A stretch of 63,953 bases of DNA, filler included, from Basidiobolus ranarum (Eukaryota), in assembly GCA_040143965.1 (NCBI GenBank). It is 3 parts of 3 records of this genome, joined end to end, with 100 filler letters (N's around TTAATTAATTAA, not from the genome) between each part and the next. Parts side by side here need not be neighbours in the genome. Positions count along the whole stretch, not along the records: positions 22,261 to 44,350 come from JASJQH010007068.1; 2 more parts are not named here. The stretch is one strand, 5' to 3'. The notes below the pieces were generated by a model. The model made no database searches and was not told the origin of the DNA. It saw only the letters and a list, made by a program, of their open reading frames with translations. Positions 27,901 through 40,618 of the stretch are shown piece after piece. How positions within the stretch are numbered: position 1 is the stretch's first letter; every line of letters begins with the position of its first letter. Position numbers and translations under genes: made by a program.

Positions 27901-30900
27901 ATTGAGCTCAGAATATGTGGCTGTTTCTGTCCTCTCAAACCGAATTGCGATCTGATTGGGAGTCAATCGCACTTGGTTTTCGAATATTTGATGAATACAG
28001 GAATCTTGGACTACCGGAAAGTTTGTCGAATTCCATCCAGTGGTTAGCAGCTCTTTCTCTATGGGTGAGATGGAGTTGATTGAATTGACAGTTGTGTTCG
28101 AGTCCTCAATGATATTGCGTAAAATTGTAGTGTAATGCTCAACAATCCAATGAACATCATCCTTTTGAATCAGATTATCATCATACACTGCATTGAAAAT
28201 GACTTCTTTGTCGGATACAATAAATTCTGCACATAACACGAAATTCACTCCCATTGAAGCTGACTTCAGAGTCATCGAGAAATCTTTTGAAGGTTCGTCT
28301 GCTTCTTCTGACGCATTTTGAATGATTACCAGAGTATCAAATGCTACCTGGAATTCTTTCTGAATATCTGTCAAGCTAGCATTACCAAATCGCAAGGTAT
28401 CGGCGTGTTTTTTGTGTAGTTTATGTAACAAATCGGATACCTTCATATCTCCGTTCAATAACACTCGACACGGAAGTGTGTTAATGCATGGTCCACACAT
28501 GTCCTCTATTCCGTTCACTGGAGTATCACGACCCCAATTTGTAACTCCAAAGGCAACATCATCATTGCTGGTGTAATTACGTAAAATCAATGTCCATACC
28601 ACCTTAAGAACAGTGGCAATAGTAATGCCGTTGGACTGAGCAAATCGATGCACATTATGGTCAAGTTTACGTGTAATGCTCAGTTGTGCTTGTGGTTCAT
28701 AGTGAGGGGAAGGCAACTTGACAAATGGAGTGATCGAAATGTCTTTTAATTCTGCTCTCCAAAATGCCATAGTCTCCTCCATATTTTGTTGTTGAAGGTA
28801 AGATATGTACCTGGAGTAGGGAGGTCGTACTTCAAGAGAATTCGAGTAGTAAGCAGTGTAAAAGTCGTTCATAATCATCTGCATTGACCACCCATCATAT
28901 AATGCGTGATGGATTGTCCATATGCAATACATATGTCGCGAGGATACATTCAAAAGTTTAAACCTCATCATGGGCTCCCCAAGAGTAATCCCTTTGGCAA
29001 GGTCGGAACTAAGAATTTGAACTAATTCTGCATCTACGTCGTTTTCAGTAGAAGAGATTGTTTGCCATGGTATTTGGTTGTTCTTAATGACGATCTGTAG
29101 CCCGTTGAAGTGCTTATATTGCAAGTCGGAAAAGAGAAATACTGTACGAAGAATGGGATTGATTCGAGCCACATGTTCCCACGAGTCTTGGAATCGTTTC
29201 ATATCGACTTGACCGTGAATTTCATATACTAACTGAGTTAAATAATTGCTAGAGTCTTTCAATGTCATGGCTATAAGACTATCCTGTAAACGTGAGCAAG
29301 GATATATATCTTCAATATTCTCGATGTCAATCCCGTTTGTCAGAACAACTGATTGAATCAATTGCTGAAGCTGAGATTCGTCCAAGTTTAGTAAAGAAAA
29401 TTCCTCAATGGTCTCTTCTTTGAAATGCGACTGATCCGAGGTGTTGATATTATTTGCGATTTTGGCAATCGTTGTGTGGTCAAATAATTGTTGAACAGTG
29501 ATATTGATTTCGTATTGACGTCGTGCTATTGAGGCAAGTTTGATAGCTAGAACTGAATCACCACCTAAATGAAAGAAGGAGTCATGTACCCCAATGAACT
29601 CGGGCTTTATGTGTAAGATCTCGCTCCATATCGTCTGTAACTTCCTTTCGATGCCAGTGCGTGGTTGCTCTTTCGCATCACTATTAGTATTGCTGAATGT
29701 TTCTAAAATCATTTCTCTATTTTCGTCGAATAATGATGCCAACTTTCGGTTATCCACTTTGTGATTATTGGTTAAAGGCAGGGCTGTCAAAGGAACCCAT
29801 ATCTTTGGAATCATATAGCTGGGAAGTTTCATTGCAATTGCATTGCGTATATCAGCTATCATCTTACATATATCCGATTTATGTTGTTCTCCAATTATCC
29901 CGGTCTGTTCTTGAGATGCGAATTCCTTTGTAAAGCATATGAAAGCAGTAAGAGCCTTACGCTCTGTTTCGGAAGATACTTCAAGTAGCGTAACATGAGA
30001 ATGCTTGATCCCTGGTAAAGACTGTATGATATGCTCTATCTCGCTCAATTCAATGCGAAGTCCATTTAACTTAATCTGATTATCTTTACGACCCAGTATA
30101 ATGACGGAGCCGTCAATTTCGAAGCGAGCAAGGTCTCTCGTTCTATACAATCTTTTCCCGTTTACTAATCGATGAGAAACAAACGACTCTGCATTAAGAT
30201 CGGGCCTATTCAAATAGCCACGAGCCAGCTGAGGACCGGCAGTCCATAGCTCACCAACAGCTCCAATAGGCACTGAGTTCATATTTTTATCAAGGATAAA
30301 ATATCTGTTGCCTCCAATAGGCCATCCAACATTACTGCAAAGCATTGATTTCGTGAAGTATTTTCTGAGTGATGTTATCACCGTCGTTTCCGTTGGACCG
30401 TACGCATTGATTAAGCATACCTTTCCGGCCCACATATCACGTACTCTTGTGTTAAGCATTTCCCCACCAACCATAAGCACTTTTAAAGAAGGAACTTCAT
30501 CTGGTGTAATAAGGCTGGCAACAGCAGTATTCAAGAATGTTGTCGTAATCTGCATTGTGTTCATCACGTGAGCCAAATTATTGAGAAGACTATCCTTGGA
30601 GGCCACACATAGACATGCTCCTTGAGAGATTGTTAGGAAGATATCCAAAACACACCCGTCAAATGTATAGTTTGCAAACTGCAAGGTTCTATCAGTTTCT
30701 TCTAGCGTGATTTCTGTTCGGTGGGCTTGTATATAGTTGGATAGGTTACGATGTTCAAGCATTACTCCCTTAGGAGCACCAGTAGATCCTGAAGTAAAAA
30801 TGATATAGCATAAATTCGTAGACTGCACCTCCGTTATGGGATTTGATATCGAATTGGCAGCTATGGAAAGTTTATCTGTATCAAGTAATAGCAGCTCTAT

Positions 30901-33900
30901 TCCCAGACACTGTGTAAAGATTTGCTGATATTTGCTGGTGGTTACTATTACACTCGTGTTTGCTTGATAAATAATGTTTAGATTACGCTCTACTGGGTTT
31001 GCAGTATCTAAAGGCACATAAGCACCTCCGGCCTTGAGAACGGCAAGTATAGCAACAATAGTGTTGATTGATTTGTCTAAACACAGGGAAACTATAGTTT
31101 CTGGACCAACTCCCAATGAAATCAGGTGATGTGCTAATTGATTAGCGGAGTTATTGAGCTGTTCGTATGTTATTGCTTCGTTATTTTCGAGCAGAATAGC
31201 CACATTGTTGGGGGTTTTTTCAACTTGAGATTCGAAAGCAAAATGAGCACAATCATGTAACTCCTCATAGCAAGAAGTGTTCCATTCTTTCATTATTAGG
31301 CGCTCGGCTTGAGATACGAAACTAACGGCATTCATCTGTGTATTTATATCAGTCCTTACCAAAGCCTCTACTATATAGTTAAATTGTTCACAACAACGTT
31401 TGGCTTGATCCGCGTTAACAAAGGAACTGTTATAGTCCATATGGTAAAATATCTTCTTGTTATCGGAGTTGATATTCAAAACAATGGCGTACTAGAGAAT
31501 GAAGTAAATGGATTAGTGATGCTATTTGATATTTCATCCCGCCAGTTAGATGCATAATCAAAATATAATTTACTTCAGTTGGTTCCAAAGGCACATCCTG
31601 CAAGAAAACAAGGCGGCCTTCTGGTGAAAGTGGTGGAGTATTATAATCATCTTCAGGTGACATTTCTCTAATAGGCTGGTAGTTTATAACCGTATTGAAC
31701 ATTGTTTCAGGTTCCTTCTGGTGATCCGAACTATTCAAGTCCTTTAAATCATAATCCTCATATGGCATCGCGGCCACATAATCTTCATGTATAGAATTTA
31801 AGAACATCATGACAGTAGACTCCTCCTCAAAGCGAATTCGTCGAGTTCGTACATTAATGCAAGGTCCTACAATGCTAGAAATACCATTGATTGGTATACT
31901 TCTACCGTTAAGTAGTTCGCCAAATACAACATCATCACAATTAGTGTAGTGGTGCAGCATGATGGCCCATGCAGCGCGTAAGAGAGTAGCCGTCGTAATC
32001 TGTTGACGCTTGGTAAATTCGGAGATTTCAGAAATAGAGATATCTAGTGTACTAAATTGTTGCAAGGTTTGACTGACTTCCTGATCACAGCTTACAAGCG
32101 TTGGGAAGTTGCAGGGTTGTAAATCCAACAAATAATCTTTCCAATATTCTTCCTTGCTAGCTGAGTAGCTCTGCTTATTGTGGTACTTATACGAAATAAA
32201 TTCACGATATGGTAACACTGGAGGAGGGGGCTTTTCATTATATATCGCCTCGATGTATTGGTCGATGATTCGACTGGACCAACCATCTATGATTGCATGA
32301 TGATAACTAACAATCATCTGGTGTTGGCCTTCATTCGTTGTTAACAAAGCCAGGCGAATATTAGCCTCTCCCAGGGGGAATCCTGCAGCGATATCATCCT
32401 GAAGATAGCTCTCGAGCTTTCTTTCAGCATCGTTTCTGTCACATACTATATGCTTCCACTCGGGTTGGAATTCTCGAGATACAACCTGGAGACATGTGGT
32501 TCCGGTAGAATTTGTGGAAAATGGATTCACAAAGAATTTGGTTCGAATGATCGGTATATCTCGAATAATCGTTCGCCAAGTATTCTCCAGCTTATTGAAA
32601 TCAAAGTCACCTACAAGAGTGTACACACTATGGATATGATAATGAGATGGATTCTTCATATTTCCAGCAATGGTGGCTTCTTGTATAGGAGAGCATGGGA
32701 ATATATCCTCCACTTCTCCAATATCAAAGCCTGATTCAGGCAAAAACTTTTCTGTAAGTAGCTTCAACTCTTTATCCGAGATTTCTAGGAGTGGAAAATC
32801 GGTTACGGTGAATTCTGCTTTCTCCATTTGGACGCAATGTTCCAATGTTTCACATAATGCCGCCTGCCAATTTGAAGACCATTTTTGAATCTCGGACTCT
32901 TGATGAAGACATTCGCTGAATGTTATAGATGCCTCAAGACGTTCGTCAACTAGACGGAGAGCGACATCAAATATCTCAAGGCGTTGCATCAAAGGATCTG
33001 AGTTCTGAAGATCAAATTTGTACTTCTCATCAACTTCTTGCAAAAAAGCATCTTGCTTTTCCAACTGTTGGAAACGCCCAAAATAGTTGAAGGAGATTTG
33101 CACCAGGTCTTTTTCATATTGTGAACTATCCTCCTTGTTGAGATAACGAAGTAAGCCGTAATGAATGCTCTTTGAAGCTATACGTTTGCGAATATCTTTT
33201 GTGTTCTTGAGTACATCTCTTACTCCATCATTGTCGTCCACATAAATCGTTACTGGATACATACAGGTAAACCAGCCTACAGTTCTGGATATATCGATTG
33301 AGTCATCCCATGGTTCTCGACCATGTCCTTCCATTCCCACTGTAAGCGCATCAGTGCCAAAGGTGTTGCAGTAAGATACAGCAAGAGATGAAAGCATAAT
33401 ATCAACTGGCTCAGTGCGGTATGCTCGGTTAGAATGCCCAAATAAAAGCTTAGTTTGGTGAGAGTCTAGAAGGAATGAGACTGACCGCTCGGAGTTCACA
33501 GTATTTTTGGAAAGTTTAGCAAGATCAGTGCAGATGGGCTCCGCTAATTTGGTAATTGGCCAAGCCGAAGTATCTAGAGCAGCGGCATGCTCGCTCAACA
33601 AATTACTCCAAGTCTTGAATGGCATTGATTTGAATAGGCACTCTTTGCCTTCAAGTAGTAACTCCAGATCCTCCCATATAATTCGCCAAGAGACAAAATC
33701 AACAACATAGTGATGAATTGCCATGAACAATAGCTGCTCACCCTGTGGCATATCGTATAATGAGAATGAGAATATCGGCCCAGTCTCTAGATTAAGGCTA
33801 CGTTGGCAATGGTGAATCTCTTTGCGTAGTTCGGCCACAGAAACCAAGGTTTTCTGCGTCACATCAAAATCTACTTGCTCCTCATTTAGTACTCTTTGCT

Positions 33901-36900
33901 CTAAAGTTCCATTTCTCTTGCTGAATCGTGCCCGTAGCATGTCATGATGGGTAACTAGACTTTTGATAGCCGTCTTAAGAGTTGACTGATTTATCGGTGA
34001 ACGGACCTTGAGCAACCAGGATTGATTAAAATGATTTTCGTTTCTTTGGTTTACTTCAAGAGACTGCAGCAGTATAGGCGTGAGCGCAACTACACCTTCA
34101 CCTGAGTGGATTTCGATAGAGTTCAAAATTTTTGATTCACCAACAACAGCAGCTAGTTGATTTATTGTTGGATAGCGCAATACATCTTGAACTGAAACGA
34201 GCAATCCGGATTGACGGCACACCGATGATAGTCTGATAGCAGAAATGGAATCTCCGCCAAGGTTATAAAATGAGTCATGGATTCCAATAGTAGAGGAGTC
34301 AATATTTAAGACCTCCGCCCAAGATTTTTGCAGTGTACTCTCGATATCTGTGCGTGGTTGTTCCGACGTTTGATCTAGAGATAAAGTAACACTTCTGATG
34401 GTCTTAAGGTCAGATTGAGCAAGCATTTTCAACAGACTTTTGCGGTCCGACTTGCCACTTGCGTTAGTTGGCATTTTGTTTAGTGGGACCCATATGGTTG
34501 GAATCATTTGCGAGGAAAGCTTATTGGCGGCAATCTGACGAAGATTGGATATATGTTTCCTAATCAAATTAGGATTCTGCAGGTTCACCAAGATCATTGG
34601 ATCACTGTTTAGCTCATTTTCTGGATCGTTGTCATCCAATAAATGTTTTATACACAAAAAGGCCACCAAGGATTTCTTGCCCTCTATATCTGTTAATGCA
34701 AGACTCACTTGTATAATCGGTTGATATTCGTAAAGAACCTGTTCTATCTCCTCTAGCTCTATCCGCACTCCATTAAGTTTAATTTGGTTATCTTTCCGTC
34801 CCAAAATGGTAACTGACCCATCTAAATTGAATCTACCCAAATCACCGGTTTTGTACAATCTTTCACCTTTCATGAGTGGATGTGGAATAAATGCTGTCAT
34901 TGTAAGATCGGGCCTATTGAGGTATCCACGGGCTAGTTGGGGGCCACCAACACAAAGTTCTCCTATCGCTCCAACAGGGACAAGCTGAAGATTTTCGCTC
35001 AAAATGTATACCTTGTTTCCACCAAAGGGTCGGCCAATATTGTTACAGGGTACAGACTGATCTACCTTCACTCTTTGTGTACAATCGACTGTTGTTTCGG
35101 TTGGACCGTAGCCGTTATTTAAACAGACATGCTTGGACCATAAGTCACGCACAGGTTCTGTTTGCATTTCTCCACCCAATAGTAGCATTCTCAGTGAGGG
35201 AACATTTTTCGGATGTAAAAGGCTGGCAACTGTAGGTGTCAGTGCCATTACGGTAACCTCCATTTTACGAATTGTCTCCTCTAGGTTTGAAAGAAGATTA
35301 TCTTTCGACGCCAAGCAGATGCAGGAGCCACTGCAAAGACTAAAGAAGATGTCTATAATAGATGCATCGAAAGTATAGTTTGCGAATTGTAGCACCTTGT
35401 CATCTGGGCCCAGATTGATGATGGACTTGTACCCAGCTAAGAAATTGACCACAGCCTTATGCTCTAACATGACGCCTTTTGGTGTACCAGTCGATCCAGA
35501 TGTAAACAAAACGTAACACAAATTAGATGCTTCAAAATTCGGTACGTTCGGGTTGGTATTAGTACAGTTCTTAAAATCCACTCCATCGACTAGAACCATT
35601 TTCACGTGGGACAAATCAGAAAATATTTTTTCATAATTTCTTGTGCTAATTACAACTGCAGAGTTGGATTCTCTTACAATATGTAGATTGCGCTCTGTGG
35701 GGCTAGATGGATCAAGAGGCACGTAAGCCGCACCAGATTTAAGGATTGCCAACATAGAAACTATCATATTCACTGATTTATCCAAGCACAGTGGTATGAT
35801 ATTTTCTGCACCAACACCTAGTGAGATTAGATGATGAGCCAACCTGTTAGCTTGACTGTTCAAATCTTCGTATGAAACCGATAGCTTATCCTCGAACTGA
35901 ATAGCGATTTTATCCGGCGATTCAGCTACGTGTTGCTCGAATATCTGATGTACACATGTATTCTCTATCACCAAGAATTCTGGTGAATTCCATACAGTTG
36001 TTTGCAAATGCTTCTCCGAAAGTGGAACGATATCTAACGAATCCAATGTTTGATGCTCTTGAGAATGCACTAACGATGAGACAATAGCATCGAACTGGCT
36101 CAAGAGGGATTCAGCTTGCTCCACATTGAGAGCGCTACTATTGAATTCGAGCTGGTAAGATATTTCATCTTCTATACATTGTACCTCCAGTCCACAGCCA
36201 TACTATAAATAAAATGGATTAGTAACCAAGATTAAGTAGCAATCAAATGAGTCATATATACCTCAGTAAAGTTAATACATTTGGTAAGGTTGAAAACCGA
36301 ATCTTCACCAGATGTTTCCACTGGTCCTAAGTAGTTGATTATGGTGCTGAACAGGGGATTTTGAGAGTTGAGGCCAGCCCATCGATGAATGTTTTGCAAA
36401 CTGCACCGCTGGTACGGAGTACTCGTTATGTAATCTTGATAAATTGTTTGTAACCACTGTGTTACCTCCGATGCCCCAGGAATCTGAACTCTGCATGGAA
36501 GGGTGTTTATACAAGGCCCAACGATGTTTGCGATGCCAGATATGGTCTGGTTTCTTTTTCTGCCGTTGAAAATGTACCCGAATATAACATCGTTACTGTT
36601 CAAATGCTTTTGTAACAAAATTGCCCATGCTGCCCGGATAAGAGTAAATATGGAGATATTTTTTCTGTTTACAAACCACTTAATCGCCGATAGAGATACA
36701 CTAAATGTCCCTTCAATTTGATTTGGATTTATGTTTCTAGATTGTGCACTCTCAACTTTTGGAAAAATGCATGGCTCAGCGTTCTTCAAATAATTCTTCC
36801 AAAATTTCTTTTCTCCAGCGGTGCTGGATTGATCGTTCTCTATGAAATATCTATACGCCAGCGTCTTAGGGCGAGGTGTCTGGCTATAGATTGCTTCAAG

Positions 36901-37581
36901 ATCTCTGCAAATCAAGTTAGCTGACCATGTATCCATGATGGCATGATGCCAACTGATTACAACCTGATTATTACCACTACCAGTTTCCAATAAGATCAGT
37001 CGTATATTAGGAGAGCCAAGAGGGAATCCTTTGGTGATTTCAGCGTCGATAACCTTTTGAAGAGATTGTTCTATATCACCTTGACACTTGATGTGTTCCC
37101 ACTGGGGACACATTTTACGGAGCACAATCTGCAGGAATGTTACATCATGAGAGTAAGGATTGAATATGAAACATGTTCTCAAAATTGGATTTGCCTGAAT
37201 CACCATATTCCAGGCTTCTTGGATTCGTGAAAAGTCGAACGAAGATTCTCGGATCTCCATTACATGGTGGACATGATAAACAGCTGAATTTCTTGCATTT
37301 CCTGCGATGAGACCTTCTTGTACTGGGGAGCTTGGTAATATATCTTCTACTTCACTCATAGCAATGCCCACGGAAGGTAAATGTACATTGATCAACTTTT
37401 CTTGAGCATTCTTGTCCATCGATGATAAGAAAACGTGTGGAGATTCTATAGTAAGGGATTTTGCTGTTGGATTGACTTTGAGATCACGATTCTTAATGGT
37501 TGTAGAATCATTTCCAGTACAATTAGTTCCTGAGTGCGTTAGGCCAGAGAACGCGTGGCTGTTCTTATTAATTGCGGGCAT
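24967..37581 (-). CDS. Trimodular NRPS C-A-T-E-C-A-T-C-A-T-R (exons 37581-36262, 36202-31574, 31491-24967; ~4157 aa)
   Basis: C cores HHAIMDTW, HHAIIDGW and HHALYDGW. Three A domains (FTSGSTG.PKGV, YGPT/SETT, LYKTGDL/LYRTRDL, GRKDNQ.KLNG.RIEL). T motifs LGGDS, LGGDS and VGGNS. E domain HHYVVDFVSW, EGHGRE, RTVGWFT, FNYFGRF. R domain LLTGATGFLG, YCYSK, YRPG. Two phase-0 GT..AG introns (36261-36203, 31573-31492) with CTAAT branch sites join the three ORFs. Confidence 0.95.
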
Positions 37582-37661
37582 AGCTGCAAGTTGTTCGGTA
37601 GCAGGGAGTATGAAGGAAACCTACACTGTATGATGTGGGCTCCAGTGAGTGTACTTTGATA

Positions 37662-37667
37662 TTTATA
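37662..37667 (-). promoter_or_regulatory. Candidate TATA box of the NRPS gene
   Basis: TATAAA on the minus strand about 80 bp upstream of ATG 37581. Confidence 0.35.
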
Positions 37668-40053
37668 GAGGTGGACTTCGGGATCCGATGAGCTCAGCAT
37701 AAGCATATAGATAATATTTCCACGGCGTAAATGATATTTTGTTCGACTTACCCTTTGTCCCACAATAATTGCATAGCTTTGGGTGGACGTTAATATTTTA
37801 CTGATATTATTCACTTCACTAGCTAACCCTGGCCCAATTCTACAGCTGTACCTTTGCTACTCTGCTTCTGGAATAATGTAAGATCCTGTGGAGAAAAAAA
37901 TACCGTTGTTTTCAACCAACCAGAACAAAGTTGCTTCTCTTTAGTTGAACCCTGATTTTAACAAACGAAGATCATATCTTACTTAAGTACATAACTTACT
38001 ATGAGGTAACGTCACACATCGAACTAACACTAAGCCACCGCAAGGGTATTCCACGCTGTTACATCCATCTAAAATTTGACGTACGTTAGTCACTAATCTG
38101 TCGTCGTTTCAACGGCAATTGGCTTGAATCTAATGATAAAAGACATTTTAAGAAATCCCGATTCATCACCAACCACTGCCGCTTACCACAGCCAGTTACC
38201 CAGCTTGTAGGGTTGGACTGCAGCTTCGAACTGAGTTCCAAAGGCCAAATATTTGCTGTATTTATTGTTCCTAAAATAGTCTTAGTCACAACTAAACCTG
38301 GGGTATGTAAATCCAAATTTAGTATTCTCTGTATTTGTTTGGCGTTGTTGATTGACACTGGGATTATTGGTTCGATTAGTTGTTTGATCGAAGAAACCTT
38401 GATCAGTAGTAGAATGGATTGGAACACACTTGTAGAACTTGGACAGGAAGATACCATATATGGATATGGTATTAGATACTGTTTACCTCATTACATGCTT
38501 ACACAATAGGCTGTTGAAAGCTTCCTTGCTTTAGCCCGGGATAGAAAAGAATAGGGGGAGTGACACTAGAGGTCAGTACGATGCAGTGCTATCCTAGAGA
38601 AACGGTTAGGGCAATCTAGTCTATATTTGGAAATTAGCATTACTGGTCTAGTCGCGTATATATGGTATTAAGACTCTTCTTGTATTACGACTCAAAGTGA
38701 CAAGAAACATACATAATTGACTCGGCCTGTAACACTTATTACAGAGGATGTTTCTGTAAAGTATTCAGGGGTGTGCGACTTGGGGTTTGGTGAGTTGGCA
38801 GATAAACTTACGTGTAGGGTATTAAATGACAACGAGGAATATCATAGCTCAAGTTGCACACGTAATAAATCAGCAAGTATGCATCAAGATGTTGGGGAAA
38901 TAGTTTAAGGGGTTTTGATGATTCGACACATTAATTTCTGTACACATGCATGATATGGTATGTTTTGTGTGGGTACTCCAATACTCAGAGGATCTGCACG
39001 AAACAATATATTGTTGGATTTTCATTCTGCCATACAATAATTGTAGTCGCAAAGAAGAACTGGACTGAAGTTGTTGAGTAAGCACCTGGATTTTAACTAG
39101 CTATGCATATCTCATACAGCATTTCACTTCGGAATATCTGATGATGAAATATTACTCGGACAGTGTTGAGTTGTACTACTTCTTATTACTAGCGGAAAGA
39201 TAGTGAATGTAGGATGCGCCACTTGAAAAGTCCCATTTTATTTTACTTCGATAGGTGAAACCACCAAAACCAAAACCAAATCCACATGCTTTGTCTTTAC
39301 ATCTTAAACATATTTATGATGGAATCCAAAGGGAAAGGCTGTTAACTATCTTTGTGGTATGTATCAGCTTCCATAGTATTTGGTAGCGCAAAGATTCATA
39401 TGCATTTTGCCATATTGCAGCGATGTCAAGAATAAGAAAATTATGACAACTTTGTAGAATGTAAACAAATATTTAATTAGTCATGCAAATACTTGTTTTC
39501 AACTCCATCATCCTAGTTCTAATTGTCTCCCTATTCCTAATTTTACAAAAATCCTGACAAGTATGTCAAACACTCCATGCCAGCTACTTGTGATAAGTAG
39601 CCAAATGTGGATGAGTTAATTTACACAACATATCAAAACCCTTCCAAACATATATAATAGACTTTATTAGGTTGTGAGCTAATAGTCCACAGCTTTCTGG
39701 AACAAGTCTGATACACTCAACGAAAGGTGATGAATTATATCCCTTGGTCAAACCAAACTAAGCCGCTTAACCTTTAGCAGTGCCTGTTTTAAATGTGGAC
39801 TTCTCAGTTACGATAGAGAGAATCTGTTAAAAAATCCTAGAAAAGTTCAGTTCAGTATTACATAAGCAGCGAAGTTGACTTTCCAAAGTCTTTTTTACTC
39901 CCAGTGGTATTACGAATGTCATTCATGGTTATTTGTTCTATCCAAAAATCCATTCAAAATATACCTAAAGTCCATACAATTTTTCCAAATCAATATAATG
40001 CAAGCGATCTTCGATGTTACCAGATTTTGTATGTGCGTATGGTTAGGGAGATT

Positions 40054-40203
40054 CTATGTGTGGCGAGGATATTCTGTGAGTAGCTATGTGTGGAGAGGAT
40101 ATTCTGTGAGTAGCTATGTGTGGAGAGGATATTCTGTGAGTAGCTATGTGTGGAGAGGATATTCTGTGAGTAGCTATGTGTGGAGAGGATATTCTGTGAG
40201 TAG
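40054..40203. repeat. Minisatellite, 5 x 30 bp (CTATGTGTGGAGAGGATATTCTGTGAGTAG)
   Basis: Five contiguous copies with no spacers and one substitution in the first copy. Confidence 0.97.
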
Positions 40204-40551
40204 CCCCTCCTCCATGTCTTAATCCGGCCCGATCACTAGACAGGCATCGTGGGTAACTCTTGATAAACGTGCCATAGATCGTTATGTCATCAATACCACT
40301 TCTACTAATACCACTACCCATACACACACTGACAGCTCATAAAAGAATAGCCTAGAGCCTGCCCCCATAATTCCTATTGGAATGATGCGCTTGGGCTTTG
40401 ATTCAATTGATAGTTACTGAATACCACACTAAATTCTATTACGAACCACCTCCCATTAATATCCGTGCGCTCATGAATGTCTCAGTCCGAATTCTATTGC
40501 CATTGAATCGTTCAACAAATCGCTTGAATCCGATAGTTATCTCACCAATGA

Positions 40552-40598
40552 ATGGGCAGTGGTTATGGATGGGCAGTGGTTATGGATGGGCAGTGGTT
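40552..40598. repeat. Short tandem repeat, ~2.7 x 17 bp (ATGGGCAGTGGTTATGG)
   Basis: Directly visible just downstream of the HSF gene stop codon. Confidence 0.85.
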
Positions 40599-40618
40599 GG
40601 TACAGAAGAATAATCAAT

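Noticed and set aside
31460-36232. Three separate NRPS genes or a frameshifted pseudogene, as the ORF track implies
   Set aside because: Both breaks are canonical short introns that restore frame and complete the C domains.
24967-37581. NRPS as a ferrichrome/coprogen siderophore synthetase because of nearby FET3/FTR1
   Set aside because: It has E and R domains, lacks terminal T-C repeats, and no ornithine monooxygenase or acyltransferase is in the window.
38086-38509. Overlapping short ORFs upstream of the NRPS as extra NRPS exons or tailoring genes
   Set aside because: No NRPS or enzyme motifs recognised in the frames examined.
40054-40203. 30-bp direct repeats as a CRISPR array
   Set aside because: Contiguous copies with no spacers, no cas genes and a eukaryotic context.
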